Shown: piece after piece, positions 1 to 10,508 of the stretch
Layout of the letters: each line of letters starts with the position of its first letter
Position numbering within the stretch: the first letter of the stretch is position 1
DNA from: an uncultured virus (IMG/VR IMGVR_UViG_3300011912_000001)
Lineage: Duplodnaviria; Heunggongvirae; Uroviricota; Caudoviricetes
Length of the DNA stretch: 64,000 nt
Reading direction: 5' to 3' (one strand)
IMG/VR virus record: IMGVR_UViG_3300011912_000001
Translations under genes and position numbers: made by a program
Notes under the pieces: generated by a model
What the model saw: only the letters and a program-made list of their open reading frames with translations
Databases searched by the model: none
What the model was told of the DNA's origin: nothing

Positions 1-606
1 TTAAAATATGGACGTCTTGAAGGAATAAAATACATAGAGACGAGAAAAGCTGGAGCTTACTGGCTCTTCCGATGTGATTGCGGAAACGAAAAAATTATCA
101 ATGCTTCAACAGTACGTTTAGGAAAAGTTAAATCATGTGGTTGTTTAGCAAAAGAAAAAGTAAGTCAGACACATAAAAAACATGGTATGGCAAAAACTAA
201 AACCTACGATGCATGGATAGGAATTAAACAAAGATGTTTAAATCCAAAATCAAGTAGTTTTCAAAATTATGGTGGAAGAGGAATTACAATATCTGAACAG
301 TGGTTAGATTTTGAAAAGTTTCTTGAAGACATGGGAGAAGCTCCTGAAGGATTTTCAATTGAAAGAATAGACAATGATAAAGGATATTCTAAAGAAAATT
401 GTAAATGGGCGACAAGAGAAGAGCAAAATCTAAACAAAAGATATGTAAACAAAACAACAGGAATGCGAAACATTTCATATAATAAACGAGATGATAGCTA
501 TTCAGTAGGAATCGCAAGAAATGGTAAAAGATATCGTAAAGATTTTAAAACCATAGAAAGCGCTATTGAATGGAGAAATAACATATTAAAAGACTTGAGT
601 AGTTAA
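1..606 (+). CDS. Intron-encoded HNH-type homing endonuclease with C-terminal AP2-like DNA-binding domain (5'-truncated)
   Basis: Frame 1 is open from base 1 (LKYGRL...WLFRCDCGNEK...KSCGC...). It continues into YGGRGI..W..F..F..DMG..P...SIERIDNDKGY..ENCKWAT..EQ..N, typical of phage HNH endonucleases, and ends in an AP2-like tail (F..IESAIEWR). The Met at 187 is probably internal. Confidence 0.85.
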   Translation, partial: LKYGRLEGIKYIETRKAGAYWLFRCDCGNEKIINASTVRLGKVKSCGCLAKEKVSQTHKKHGMAKTKTYDAWIGIKQRCLNPKSSSFQNYGGRGITISEQWLDFEKFLEDMGEAPEGFSIERIDNDKGYSKENCKWATREEQNLNKRYVNKTTGMRNISYNKRDDSYSVGIARNGKRYRKDFKTIESAIEWRNNILKDLSS

Positions 607-832
607 GTTCAACGACTAGAGAAAGGGAAGGTCTTGAAAAAGGCAAACCGACTACCGTACAGCCAAGTGGTGTTCGCTCTCCGTAATCAGGAGAAATCGC
701 AACATGCGTAGGACTTAAATGGAAAAAAGAAGGATTGAGAAATCAATTAAGATATAGTCTACTCTGCATGGAAAGCATGCAGAAGTTCATTAGAGAACTG
801 CAATGAATTAACGACTCATTGTGAATATAAGG
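1..832 (+). ncRNA. Group I intron (3' part; 5' end upstream of window), probably subgroup IA, with homing endonuclease ORF upstream of P7
   Basis: R-like element GTTCAACGACTA (607-618) and S element AAGATATAGTCT (749-760) give the P7 pairing GACTA/TAGTC. P8-like hairpin GATTGA-GAAA-TCAATT (733-748). P9-type hairpins CTGCATG-GAAAG-CATGCAG (764-782), AGTTC..GAACT (784-799) and CAATGA..TCATTG (801-821). Terminal G at 831 or 832, after which an open frame resumes. More AT-rich than the downstream exon. Confidence 0.85.
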
Positions 833-2885
833 GCCCGGTGCCGAATACTTCACCGACTTTAAACATGGTGACCCGTATTCTCGTGTAAACGCTGGTTTAA
901 TGCGTTTGCCGGGAGATGCATACGAGAAGCTCTATAACGTGCGTAAGGATGCAGACGGCAACTACTCTGCTCTTGACCGGTTACGGATTCTAGCAGATGT
1001 CGCGCCATACTCTGACCAATACCGCATGGCGAAGAAACAACTTTCGTTGCTAAACGGAAACGGTGAATTGACGGAAGAACAGAATGAAGAATACCGAACG
1101 ATTCGAGAACAGGTCAAACAAAAGAAAGAAAAGAAACACTTGTATGACCGGAAGTTCCGGGACGTCGAATTAAAAGAAGAAAAAGTAACGGTCACGAAAG
1201 TCTTGGATGCGAATACGTTCGTCACACGGGAGTACGGCGAAGCGAACCCGATTAAGTTAGCGGGTGTCCAAGTGAAGAACAGTGACCAAGAAACCGTCGA
1301 TTTTGTCCGTCAGTTCATCTATGAAGGGGCAACCTTGAAGATTGGACTTGATGGCGACCCACTCAACAGGGAACGTAAAGACTTGATGACGACGATGCGA
1401 GCGGTTGTTTATACGCAACACAATGAAGAAGGGAATCCGTTCTATTTAACGAACAAAGGGTCGAACCTTAACTTCATGTTAGCGAATCGGGCAGAGTCAA
1501 AAGACAAAGTCACGATTCGAGATGATGGGTCTCAAGTTGCTACCGCCGCTCTCTATTCAAAAGACCAAATCACGGTTGGTAAAATGTATGACACCGTCGT
1601 CCGTGACATTCTGCCAAAGATTCCGATTGCTGGGGTCTTTGCCGATAAGTTCTTGCAAGTTCGTTCTCCTGTAGAATCCTATGAACGAGAACTCTATGGA
1701 AAAGCATGGCGTGACTGGGCAAGTCCATGGTCAGGCTGGATTCAGCCAATGATTGATACGATGGCATCACGGAACCCGTTAATTGCCGCCGCTGAAGGAT
1801 ATGGTATTGGATACATGTTCGGTCGGAACCGGGCACCGGGTATCATCGGAATGGGACTTGGTATGACCGTTGGTTTGATTGCGACTGCTAAGACTGTCGG
1901 TGAGATTGGGAAAGACATCATCGGGGATGATAGCAACTGGATTCCTGCTCGTCGTCGAAAAGAACGAGAAGTCGATGAATACTTCGATAAGCTCAAGTAC
2001 GTCAAGTTCAAAGGGTTGTATGAGAAGACCAAGCAATTGGCGCTTGAGCGAGAAGGCGTCGACTTGGATGCGCTTCTTGAAAATCAAGATGAACAAGGTA
2101 AAGAAAACAAAGGATTAAAGAAATACATCCAAGAACAGAAAAAAAGGTTGAGCATCCAGAAGAAAAGTGGTTATGGTGATATCGAGGCGTTACGTGCCGA
2201 ACTGAAAGACCATAATGATACATTGAAAGAAATCAATGATACACGACCAACGCAAGACTTAGGTCCACTGGGCGCACTGGCTCTTCGTTACAAGCAAGAG
2301 TATGAATCAACGATTTATTCAGCGGATGAAAACATCAACTTCCAGAACATCTATAAAGCGTTACCAGCGAAAGACCGGGAATACTTTACGAAGTTCATGG
2401 AAGCGTCACCGAAAGACCGGGAAAAGATTCTTCGGTTGGTTCCAAAATACCAACGAGCCATCTATCAGAAGTCATGGGGAATGAAAGCAGATAAGAAGGA
2501 AAGTCTTCAAAGCTACTTTGGTTCGCATAACTTACCAGATGAAGATTGGGCAGGATGGGACCCGGGTCAAAGTCTCGATGCCGTCAAAATCAAAGTCATG
2601 AAAAACGAAGGCATTGATTTGACAGAAGCCAACTACTGGGATGACGATGAAAAACGGGCGGAAGAAACACGACTAGGTGCGATTCCCGTTCAAGGTCATG
2701 GTGGCGGACTTGACGTCGGTCGATTAACGAAAGTATTAAAAGGTGCAGGTTTGAAGAATGTTCAAATCACGATGTCGAAGATTGAAGGACCGCCGGGTAT
2801 CAAAACCCAGATGGATATTCAACTCGACCGCACGAAAGAAGTATGGAATGAAATTCAAAGCAATTGGCAAAACTTACTGAGTTGA
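833..2885 (+). CDS. 3' exon of a large intron-split virion protein with an SNase-like OB fold and a hydrophobic Gly-rich segment
   Basis: The frame is open from 831 (in-frame TAA at 828-830 lies inside the intron) and reads PGAEYFTDFKHGDPYSRVNAGL into the ORF-track Met at 900, which has no RBS. VTKVLDANTF..IKLAGV resembles thermonuclease motifs. A TM-like stretch reads AAAEGYGIGYMFG..GIIGMGLGMTVGLIATA. Confidence 0.7.
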
Positions 2886-2889
2886 TACG

Positions 2890-2920
2890 AGAAGGGGAGG
2901 AAGGTTCCTCCCTTTTCTTT
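2890..2920 (+). terminator. Intrinsic terminator-like hairpin
   Basis: GAAGGGGAGGA-AGGT-TCCTCCCTTTTC followed by a T-rich tract, directly after the stop at 2885. Confidence 0.55.
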
Positions 2921-2937
2921 ATATGGAGGGAACAAAG

Positions 2938-5900
2938 ATGGCAGACGATAACATCAAACGAATAGATGCCTTAACAGGAGACTCTCATACGATTTTAGGA
3001 ATCGGGCAAAACAAGAACCGGTTCGAGGAAGACCCAGAATATTTGAAAGCATCCGATGATGTTGCACGGATTCTGAATACAGGAGAAGCCACAACTTCTG
3101 CTAAAAAGATTTGGGCGAACATGGAAGGATATGCCCATGATAAGTTCACATCTGGACAAGGCACGTATGAAGCATTATTAGGTATCGGGAAAGATACGAA
3201 AATCGGAGTCTGGGACATTGAGACGATTGGGTCTCCTGAATTCATGCGGGCGAATGATGTGCGTCGTGGGAAAAATGGCATCGCCGACTTCTTCAGCGTA
3301 ACAGAGATTGCGATGAAGACCGTAAGAGGTCCAGACATGAAAGAAACAGGCGAACAACTGTCCCTGTTGATTTCACCGAACCAAAAATCAATGGAACGGA
3401 TTCAATCTGCCATTAACATGTTGCATGATAAAGGATGGACAGGCTTATCCGATGATATGCGCCGAAGCCTTGCCGACATCAGTCAATACGGGGCAGGAGC
3501 AAAGATTCGAAAAGAAAATGGATTTACATACCTTGAAAGTCACGGAACAAAATTTAAAGATGTTGCATTAGGTACAAAAGAAGGAATTGCTCAAATTGAA
3601 CGAGGCTTTAATAATTTAAAACAAGCGACACCAATCGAAAAGGCATTGTTCGCCGTCAACAAACTCGTTGATAGTAAAACAGTCTTAGCGGGACACAACG
3701 TCCATAACTTTGACCAACGAGCGATGCTCGACGTCTTGAGCGCGACGAAAGAACGTTTCAAACATAGTCCGAATCAGTACAAGGCACTGGACCGTCTTCA
3801 TCAGAACATGCAACGGTCTCAACTGGATACGTTAGAGTTCTTCCGTACGTTCTATGAAACACCACTCCAAGATTTTGGCGGGAACATGACGTTAGGGAAC
3901 TTATACCGGAACTTGACAGGACGTTCATCAGAACAAGCTCACTTTGCCTTAGCCGATATCAATATGAACATTTCGTTGCTAGGGAAAGCACTACGAGACG
4001 GAAAAGAAACGAAGTCCATTCAATCACTAAAACGTTTGTCAGCAAACACGGTAGAAATGGGACAAGTCTATTATTCGAACCGGGGTCTAGGCTCAGATGG
4101 AAAGTATGATGCCATCTACGACAAAGACAAACAAGGCAAGTTCATTCGGGCGCGGGATTTCCGCACAGCGACACTGAACAAGAACAACCATTACGAAGTC
4201 GTTTCTGAAGTCCAGAAAATGATGATTGAAGGCAAGGAACAATACGGGATTACGTTGCTCAACCATGACACAGGATATCACCATCAGATTGTACGGGAGC
4301 GGTTTGATGATATCGCTAACATCTTCCAAAAGAATTTAGTACAAGTGACAGACGACCCGAAGACCCGTCAGAGTCAACTCGAACGAATGAAGACGAACGA
4401 GAAAGACCGGGCACGCCGGGAATATGAGAAACTATTTGATGTAAAAGAAGGAAAAGGGATTGACCGTCTGAAAAAGAACTATGCGTTCCTTGATGCCTAC
4501 GACCGTCATGCGGCGGAGTTAGCGAAGACAGGTATGGATGCTCCTAAATTGCATGAGAGCGCCTTAGGAAGCGCACTAGACGCTGTCAATGATGGCGTGG
4601 ATGCGAAGTATCATGTCGGTACAGGATATGGTGAAAATGTTCTAGGAATGCGTGGACGATTGGATAGCGAAAGAGATATCTGGAATGAAGCCATCAAACG
4701 GATTGAAAAAGAAGATTTCCATTATACAGTGCGTCCAGCAGAAGGAAAGCCGGGTGGTCGTTTCCGGGATAAAGTCAAAGAGACCTATGCGTTATCTAAA
4801 ATCAAAGACCAATTGGAAGCATTGGGAACAGGTGAAAAAGAGAAGTATATGACACCGGGCGTTAAGACCATGGAAATGACACTGAACGGAAAAACCCGTA
4901 ACTTGAATGTCAGTGACCGAACGTCATTCATCTCCTCTGTCAAAAGTATTCTGAGTCGTAATGTCCCAATGAGTCAGCAGAAACAAATGTTCTTGGAAAT
5001 GGTTCAGCAACTGGAACAAACAGGCGTCATCAACGCTGACATGCGAAAAGAATATCTAAAAATCGGGATGGACCGCTTCAATGCCCATAAGCACCTAGAG
5101 GTCAATGATGTCGAGAAGATTGCACGGGAAGTCCAGACAGCGGCGGCACGAGGTGGCGTAGGAACGAAATCTTCGAACGGGACCAATGCAAAAGTTCAAG
5201 CGATGACCGCACCAATTCGAGAATATGTCGAAGGAACTGCTATTTCTAAATCTCCTATTGGAAGCGTCGGGCATGAATTGATGACGACAGGCGTCAACGG
5301 ACAACACGGGAAATTATTCTTTGAACAAGTTGTGCAGTCTTCGATTGAACAAAGCCGGGGATACTCGAAATACAATGTCGTCGACAATGTCTTCTTAAAC
5401 GTACCAAAGACCGTTAAAGAAAAAATTGAACAGCACAACAAGGGTGCTCGTCTTGCTTTAGAAAAGAGTGGATTGATTAACTTGCCTCGTCAACAAATCA
5501 GTTCGATTGTCGGACAAAGCAGAGACATTAAGGCAGGACAATCATTCGAAAGTAAAGTCATCAACTTAGCGAATAGCTATGCTCAAAACTTTGGAGTACG
5601 TCTCGACTACAACAATGATACAGGGAAAATGATGATGATGTTATCGAAGAAAGAACATGCTTCATCGCTGATGAACATGTCACTTCCTGATGCGATTAAG
5701 TCGAACCAAGTGGCTCACTTTGAAATTCCGATGATGAACCCAGACGGAACGATTGAAGTCGGAGGACGTCAATTCGTCGGACGGCTGAGTGCTGGAATCG
5801 GTAGAAACAATACTTTCCAAGTGACGAACGTCGTCGATGAATTCTTCAATGAGATGGGTACCCACTCGAATCGATTGAACAATGCGATGAGACGAAGTGA

Positions 5901-8900
5901 AGAAATTGGTGGAGAGATGAACATCCTAGATGTCCATGGTCGTATCAATAGTAAAATTCAACGGATTCAAGAAGGACTTGTCACGAACCATGCCTTGTTT
6001 ACAGCAAACCCTGAAAAAGAGTTTGCACGGAATTCTCGCTTAGCCAACCATAACCGGGCGATGCAAATTGATGTGACCGGTATGGCGGAGCATTGGTACA
6101 ATGCACGAGGTGGTAAGTTCCAATTAAATGACCAAGACCGTATTAAAGAACGAATGGCGAAAGACAACCTCAGCTTCTTCCAAGCGATGGGTCTAGATGA
6201 ACAGAACTATTTCCATCGAGATATTGAAGGTTTCATGAATGAGAACTTCATGAATGGAAAAGGACAGTTGTCGCACCACGGTCTATCGGATGCACAAGCA
6301 AGAAACGGGGTTCGGTCGCTTGTTGACAACCGACAATACTTTGCATTCGGTGAATTCAACCCGACAGCCCGTGAGAACTTAAACAAAGCTTTGAATTACC
6401 GGGCGCTTGCTGGTGACGCCAACGAAACAGAAATGGTTCGGTCTCGTGTTGCAAGTACGAACAGTGAATCGCAAACATACCGAATGATGAAAGGATTAAC
6501 AACGACCGATGCCGCTAAAGGCATTCAAGGAGAAGAATTTAGTCACTTGAATGTCCGTGTAGGACTCTCGAACGAATTGCAAGTGAACACGCTTGTGAAA
6601 TCTGCTCAACGAGAACTGGATGGCAAGATTGATGAATTACGTCGAAAAACGAACCTATCTCCTGATGAAGCAAAAGAATTAGCAAAACTAGAAGATATGG
6701 CAACCCGTCTAAAACGTGTGAGCTCGATGTCGATGCATGACGGGATGGTACTTGCCTCTAGTTCGATTCAAGAAGCACTAGGAACGATGAAACAGAAATC
6801 GGTGGATGTCGGTATCCAAGGACGCTTGAATCCAAAACTTCAAAAGTTGATGGAAGACAAAGGATTGTTCACAACCGAAGGCGCCTTGAAAGTCGAATCG
6901 GGACAAGGGATTAGTTTTAAAGAATTGCAAGAAGCAGGTATGGTCCAAGAGAAGAACGGAAACTACCGCATTACCGTCGGAAGCATCATGACCGCTGATA
7001 AAGGTGAGTTTAAGGCGATTGAGACCGGGGAGTATAAGAACTGGCATCAGAACTTTGAAATCACAGGATTTGATGCAGACAGTGGACGTGTCCTTATCAA
7101 TGAATACGACAAGGCGAATCAAAGCTTTAAAGCCATTACGCTAGGTGGCGGACGGCATACGATGCAATTCATTGATAGTGACTTGATGGCACATATCACG
7201 AAGTCTGACGATATCAAAGTCTTAATGCCTGAACCAGAAGTCAAAAAGAACATGGGGGGTACATACCTTCGTTCTGTTGTTGACACTTACAGTGATGAAA
7301 TTCGTAAGCAATTGCTAGCAGACCCAACGACTCGTTCAGAGAATATCAACAATTCTCTGCTTCGTCATGGTCATGACGGTGGACGATTGACGGTCGCTGA
7401 CCTTTCCAAAAATGGTCTAGAAGATAAAGTCATGGGCGACTTACTTCGTCCAGCTTTAGATGAAGACTTAAAAATGAAAGGCCAGTATACGATTCAAGAT
7501 GGAGCCGTCATCATGAATGGGAACATCGTCAATAAGAATGGGTACGATGCACAAAACCTAAGCAAAGAACGAGTGCTTGCATTCGATGAACGGATGGCAC
7601 AACAAACGGGCTTCAATCGTCGAAGTGAAGCTGGATTTGAAATCGTTAACGATGGTATCGGGAAACACGATATCTATAGTTATGAGTCAACTGGTCAAAA
7701 GATGCGTATCGGTAAGAAAGAAATGAATGTCATGAAGAGTATCTACGGAGAACATGTCAACGGAGAAGTCCGTGACGTCGTTGCCGGGGGTGCTGACTAT
7801 TCAAAATGGCTCCAGAGTGAACTCCATGCAAGTTCGACTTCACGTGAACCCGCTAAAGAAATCTTCGGAGAAATCATCTCCGGGATGCAAGGCAACAACA
7901 CGCCAAAAGCAGGAGACACCGTCATCGATTTCTCTGGGAAGACAGTCGCTGATGATGTAAACAGTGTCTATGATGTCGGCGGCGTCAATTACGCTGATTC
8001 AAAAATCTTAGATAAGACAGGTAAGATTACAGCCAAGGATATGGCATTCATCGCCGAAGACCATGCTGGTACTATCATGAGTCATAAACTCAGTACCGTT
8101 AAAGTCAATGGGGAAGACAAACAGTTAGGTTCGATTACGTCCGGTAACAGTTACATGAAGTTACCAGAAGAGTTCGGAGAAAATCGTTTTGTCCAGCTTG
8201 TCGATACGTCGAAACTCTCTCGTTTAGATGAATCGGCGCCGATGATGCTTGAGATTCAAAAGAAACAATTAAGTGTGTACCGTAACTTAAAAGAGTTTGA
8301 AAACCTAGGGAAAGGGACACTCCAAGGGGAAGAACTTGATTCGCATAAGCAACAAATTATGCAAAACGTTGAAGCAAGTATTACAGCGCTCCAACAAGAA
8401 ACAACGACGTTTGCGAGTAGTGCGCGTGATGGTGGACTTATCAATAAGCTCATGGTTGGGAAAGCGGACATGTCGGCACAATTCCGTGTTCAAACCATCA
8501 ACCCATTTGAGAACTTCACGCTGGAAAACGGCGAATGGAAAAACACTGGACCATATAAAGAGAGCACGGTTTATATGTCTCGTAACCGTATGAGTGAAAT
8601 GATTGAAGGCAATGAGAAAAACATTGCTCAAGCCATCTATGGAAAAGAAGCACAAGCCATGATTCAAGAGCATGGCGACAACCTGCATAGTGTCATCCTC
8701 GATGATTTAACACACAATGTAGAAGGAAAGAATCTATCACTGTATGGGAACGCCAACCGTTATCCAACCATCAATGACTCAACGATGCAAGCGACACGAT
8801 TTGTTGTCGATGGAAACATGGCAGAAGATGACCGACGGGCACTCATTTCTGTTGGTACATTGAAGGTCATGGCAGGGGATACCGATGGTGACGTTATCAA

Positions 8901-10488
8901 CGGAATGTTGACGCACTATAAAGATAAAGATGCGGCGAAATGGCACGAGGTTGTTAAGAACCGTCATGACTTATCTTTATCAGGGAATGAACAGCAAGCC
9001 GCTACCATCATCAATGAGTACCGGGAAAGTTTAGCAAAAACATACATGACGACGCATAACTACTCTGAGGGTGCAGAAGCCATCGATTTCAAGACGGCTC
9101 AAAAACATGTTGATGATTTAATCGTAGGGAACCAAGAAGGAAAAACGGTCACCGTTCAAACTTTGGTTGCGCAAGGATTCGACGAAGAAAGAGCCAGCGA
9201 CTTCTTCAAATACAAAGTCAATATCGATGAAAACATCCTGACGACGGAAGCCCGTCAAGGTAAAGGCTCTATCGGTATGATTGATAACGTGCGAGAATCC
9301 ATGCGAGAACTCCATTCAATGACACAAGAAGCACTGGTGAACCATGGATTGATTGATGAACAAGCGGCACGCCGAAATGAATTCATTGTCCAAAACTTTG
9401 GTTCTACGATTTCTCAGGAATTGATTTCTTCGAAAAAGGTTAACATCGAAACACTCGTCAACGAAGTCCAAACTGAAAGCCCGTCGATGGCAAAAGCAGA
9501 AGTGTATGCGGAAGCCCGGGAACGGATGCAACGCCGTCATGAAAACGTTGAAAACATCTACCGCCTCTTGCAAAATCCAACGATGGAAAACCAAGAGAAA
9601 TTACACGATGAACTTTCTAACTTAGGAATGTTTGATGGTGGAAATAAGTACTTCAATGGACAAGCCATTCCAAAGGAAGACATCTTAAGAGAAGGTATCG
9701 ACCAATTAGGACAAGCGCACGAATTGACGGCGGCACGTGGAGGAATGCAAAGTCCAGCATTAGCAATTAACCGGTCTTCGGGTATGAAATCAGAAGAGCG
9801 ACTTGCGAGTGCATTAGTCGGAGAAACCTTCATGCCGACAAGTAGTCACCATGAGATTCTGACAGAGGGCATGAAAGACGGCGAACAGTACTTCGAATCT
9901 CGTAAAAAAGATTTCCAAGCGCATATTGCGAACACGTTCAAAGAACGTGGGCAACATAGCAATTTGCTCGATTCGATTCAAGGTGACTTAGGTGGAGGTC
10001 CTCGTTATAACATCGTCGATGAAATCTCGAAGAATGGTGGTTCGTTCTTATCAGAGACAGCGGGAGATGCGATGGGCAAAGTCAAGACTGGAACGAGTGA
10101 AGTCTTCAATGGTATTAAGAAGATGGCATCTTCTCCGATGGCTGTCAGTTTCGCCGCTATCTGGGGTGCTTCAGCGATGATGCGGTCGGCGCCAACGCCA
10201 GAAGGTGCGGAAGCGCAACAAGAAGCTCGCCAAGTGGACGTGGCACCGGAACAAATGTTGACTTCACCTACAGCAAGGGTTACACCTAAAGGAGAAAGCA
10301 CAATCTTAAAAATCAGTGGGCGTGGCATGGGTGGTATGGACCATAATGCACTTGCTGGGATTGTAAACTCTGAGGTTCAACAAATGTCTGGAACGAAGAT
10401 GGACATGAACGTCAATATCAATGACAATACCCAAACAATTAGTAACCGATGGATTCAACAGAAATTGAATGAGTCCATGAACCAATAA
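2938..10488 (+). CDS. Giant putative virion two-barrel RNA polymerase with N-terminal DEDDh 3'-5' exonuclease domain
   Basis: Exonuclease motifs: WDIETIG (3211-3231), LAGHNVHNFD (3685-3714), AHFALAD (3937-3957). Polymerase motifs: MHDGMV (~6733), FKAITLGGGRH (~7126-7158), NRYPT (8755-8769), AGDTDGD (8872-8892). GGAGG at 2925 favours ATG 2938 over 2923. Confidence 0.7.
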   Translation: MADDNIKRIDALTGDSHTILGIGQNKNRFEEDPEYLKASDDVARILNTGEATTSAKKIWANMEGYAHDKFTSGQGTYEALLGIGKDTKIGVWDIETIGSPEFMRANDVRRGKNGIADFFSVTEIAMKTVRGPDMKETGEQLSLLISPNQKSMERIQSAINMLHDKGWTGLSDDMRRSLADISQYGAGAKIRKENGFTYLESHGTKFKDVALGTKEGIAQIERGFNNLKQATPIEKALFAVNKLVDSKTVLAGHNVHNFDQRAMLDVLSATKERFKHSPNQYKALDRLHQNMQRSQLDTLEFFRTFYETPLQDFGGNMTLGNLYRNLTGRSSEQAHFALADINMNISLLGKALRDGKETKSIQSLKRLSANTVEMGQVYYSNRGLGSDGKYDAIYDKDKQGKFIRARDFRTATLNKNNHYEVVSEVQKMMIEGKEQYGITLLNHDTGYHHQIVRERFDDIANIFQKNLVQVTDDPKTRQSQLERMKTNEKDRARREYEKLFDVKEGKGIDRLKKNYAFLDAYDRHAAELAKTGMDAPKLHESALGSALDAVNDGVDAKYHVGTGYGENVLGMRGRLDSERDIWNEAIKRIEKEDFHYTVRPAEGKPGGRFRDKVKETYALSKIKDQLEALGTGEKEKYMTPGVKTMEMTLNGKTRNLNVSDRTSFISSVKSILSRNVPMSQQKQMFLEMVQQLEQTGVINADMRKEYLKIGMDRFNAHKHLEVNDVEKIAREVQTAAARGGVGTKSSNGTNAKVQAMTAPIREYVEGTAISKSPIGSVGHELMTTGVNGQHGKLFFEQVVQSSIEQSRGYSKYNVVDNVFLNVPKTVKEKIEQHNKGARLALEKSGLINLPRQQISSIVGQSRDIKAGQSFESKVINLANSYAQNFGVRLDYNNDTGKMMMMLSKKEHASSLMNMSLPDAIKSNQVAHFEIPMMNPDGTIEVGGRQFVGRLSAGIGRNNTFQVTNVVDEFFNEMGTHSNRLNNAMRRSEEIGGEMNILDVHGRINSKIQRIQEGLVTNHALFTANPEKEFARNSRLANHNRAMQIDVTGMAEHWYNARGGKFQLNDQDRIKERMAKDNLSFFQAMGLDEQNYFHRDIEGFMNENFMNGKGQLSHHGLSDAQARNGVRSLVDNRQYFAFGEFNPTARENLNKALNYRALAGDANETEMVRSRVASTNSESQTYRMMKGLTTTDAAKGIQGEEFSHLNVRVGLSNELQVNTLVKSAQRELDGKIDELRRKTNLSPDEAKELAKLEDMATRLKRVSSMSMHDGMVLASSSIQEALGTMKQKSVDVGIQGRLNPKLQKLMEDKGLFTTEGALKVESGQGISFKELQEAGMVQEKNGNYRITVGSIMTADKGEFKAIETGEYKNWHQNFEITGFDADSGRVLINEYDKANQSFKAITLGGGRHTMQFIDSDLMAHITKSDDIKVLMPEPEVKKNMGGTYLRSVVDTYSDEIRKQLLADPTTRSENINNSLLRHGHDGGRLTVADLSKNGLEDKVMGDLLRPALDEDLKMKGQYTIQDGAVIMNGNIVNKNGYDAQNLSKERVLAFDERMAQQTGFNRRSEAGFEIVNDGIGKHDIYSYESTGQKMRIGKKEMNVMKSIYGEHVNGEVRDVVAGGADYSKWLQSELHASSTSREPAKEIFGEIISGMQGNNTPKAGDTVIDFSGKTVADDVNSVYDVGGVNYADSKILDKTGKITAKDMAFIAEDHAGTIMSHKLSTVKVNGEDKQLGSITSGNSYMKLPEEFGENRFVQLVDTSKLSRLDESAPMMLEIQKKQLSVYRNLKEFENLGKGTLQGEELDSHKQQIMQNVEASITALQQETTTFASSARDGGLINKLMVGKADMSAQFRVQTINPFENFTLENGEWKNTGPYKESTVYMSRNRMSEMIEGNEKNIAQAIYGKEAQAMIQEHGDNLHSVILDDLTHNVEGKNLSLYGNANRYPTINDSTMQATRFVVDGNMAEDDRRALISVGTLKVMAGDTDGDVINGMLTHYKDKDAAKWHEVVKNRHDLSLSGNEQQAATIINEYRESLAKTYMTTHNYSEGAEAIDFKTAQKHVDDLIVGNQEGKTVTVQTLVAQGFDEERASDFFKYKVNIDENILTTEARQGKGSIGMIDNVRESMRELHSMTQEALVNHGLIDEQAARRNEFIVQNFGSTISQELISSKKVNIETLVNEVQTESPSMAKAEVYAEARERMQRRHENVENIYRLLQNPTMENQEKLHDELSNLGMFDGGNKYFNGQAIPKEDILREGIDQLGQAHELTAARGGMQSPALAINRSSGMKSEERLASALVGETFMPTSSHHEILTEGMKDGEQYFESRKKDFQAHIANTFKERGQHSNLLDSIQGDLGGGPRYNIVDEISKNGGSFLSETAGDAMGKVKTGTSEVFNGIKKMASSPMAVSFAAIWGASAMMRSAPTPEGAEAQQEARQVDVAPEQMLTSPTARVTPKGESTILKISGRGMGGMDHNALAGIVNSEVQQMSGTKMDMNVNINDNTQTISNRWIQQKLNESMNQ

Positions 10489-10508
10489 CAGGCAGGAGGA
10501 AGCACATC

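Noticed and set aside
187..606. ORF-track start of the endonuclease at 187
   Set aside because: The frame is open from base 1 with conserved CDCG/SCGC motifs, so the true start lies upstream of the window
900..2885. Stand-alone 661 aa gene starting at 900
   Set aside because: No RBS, and the frame extends back to the intron 3' end; better explained as a 3' exon
2938..10488. PolC/DNA polymerase III alpha call based on the DnaQ-like domain
   Set aside because: No PHP or family A/B/C polymerase motifs recognised; the motifs present match two-barrel polymerases
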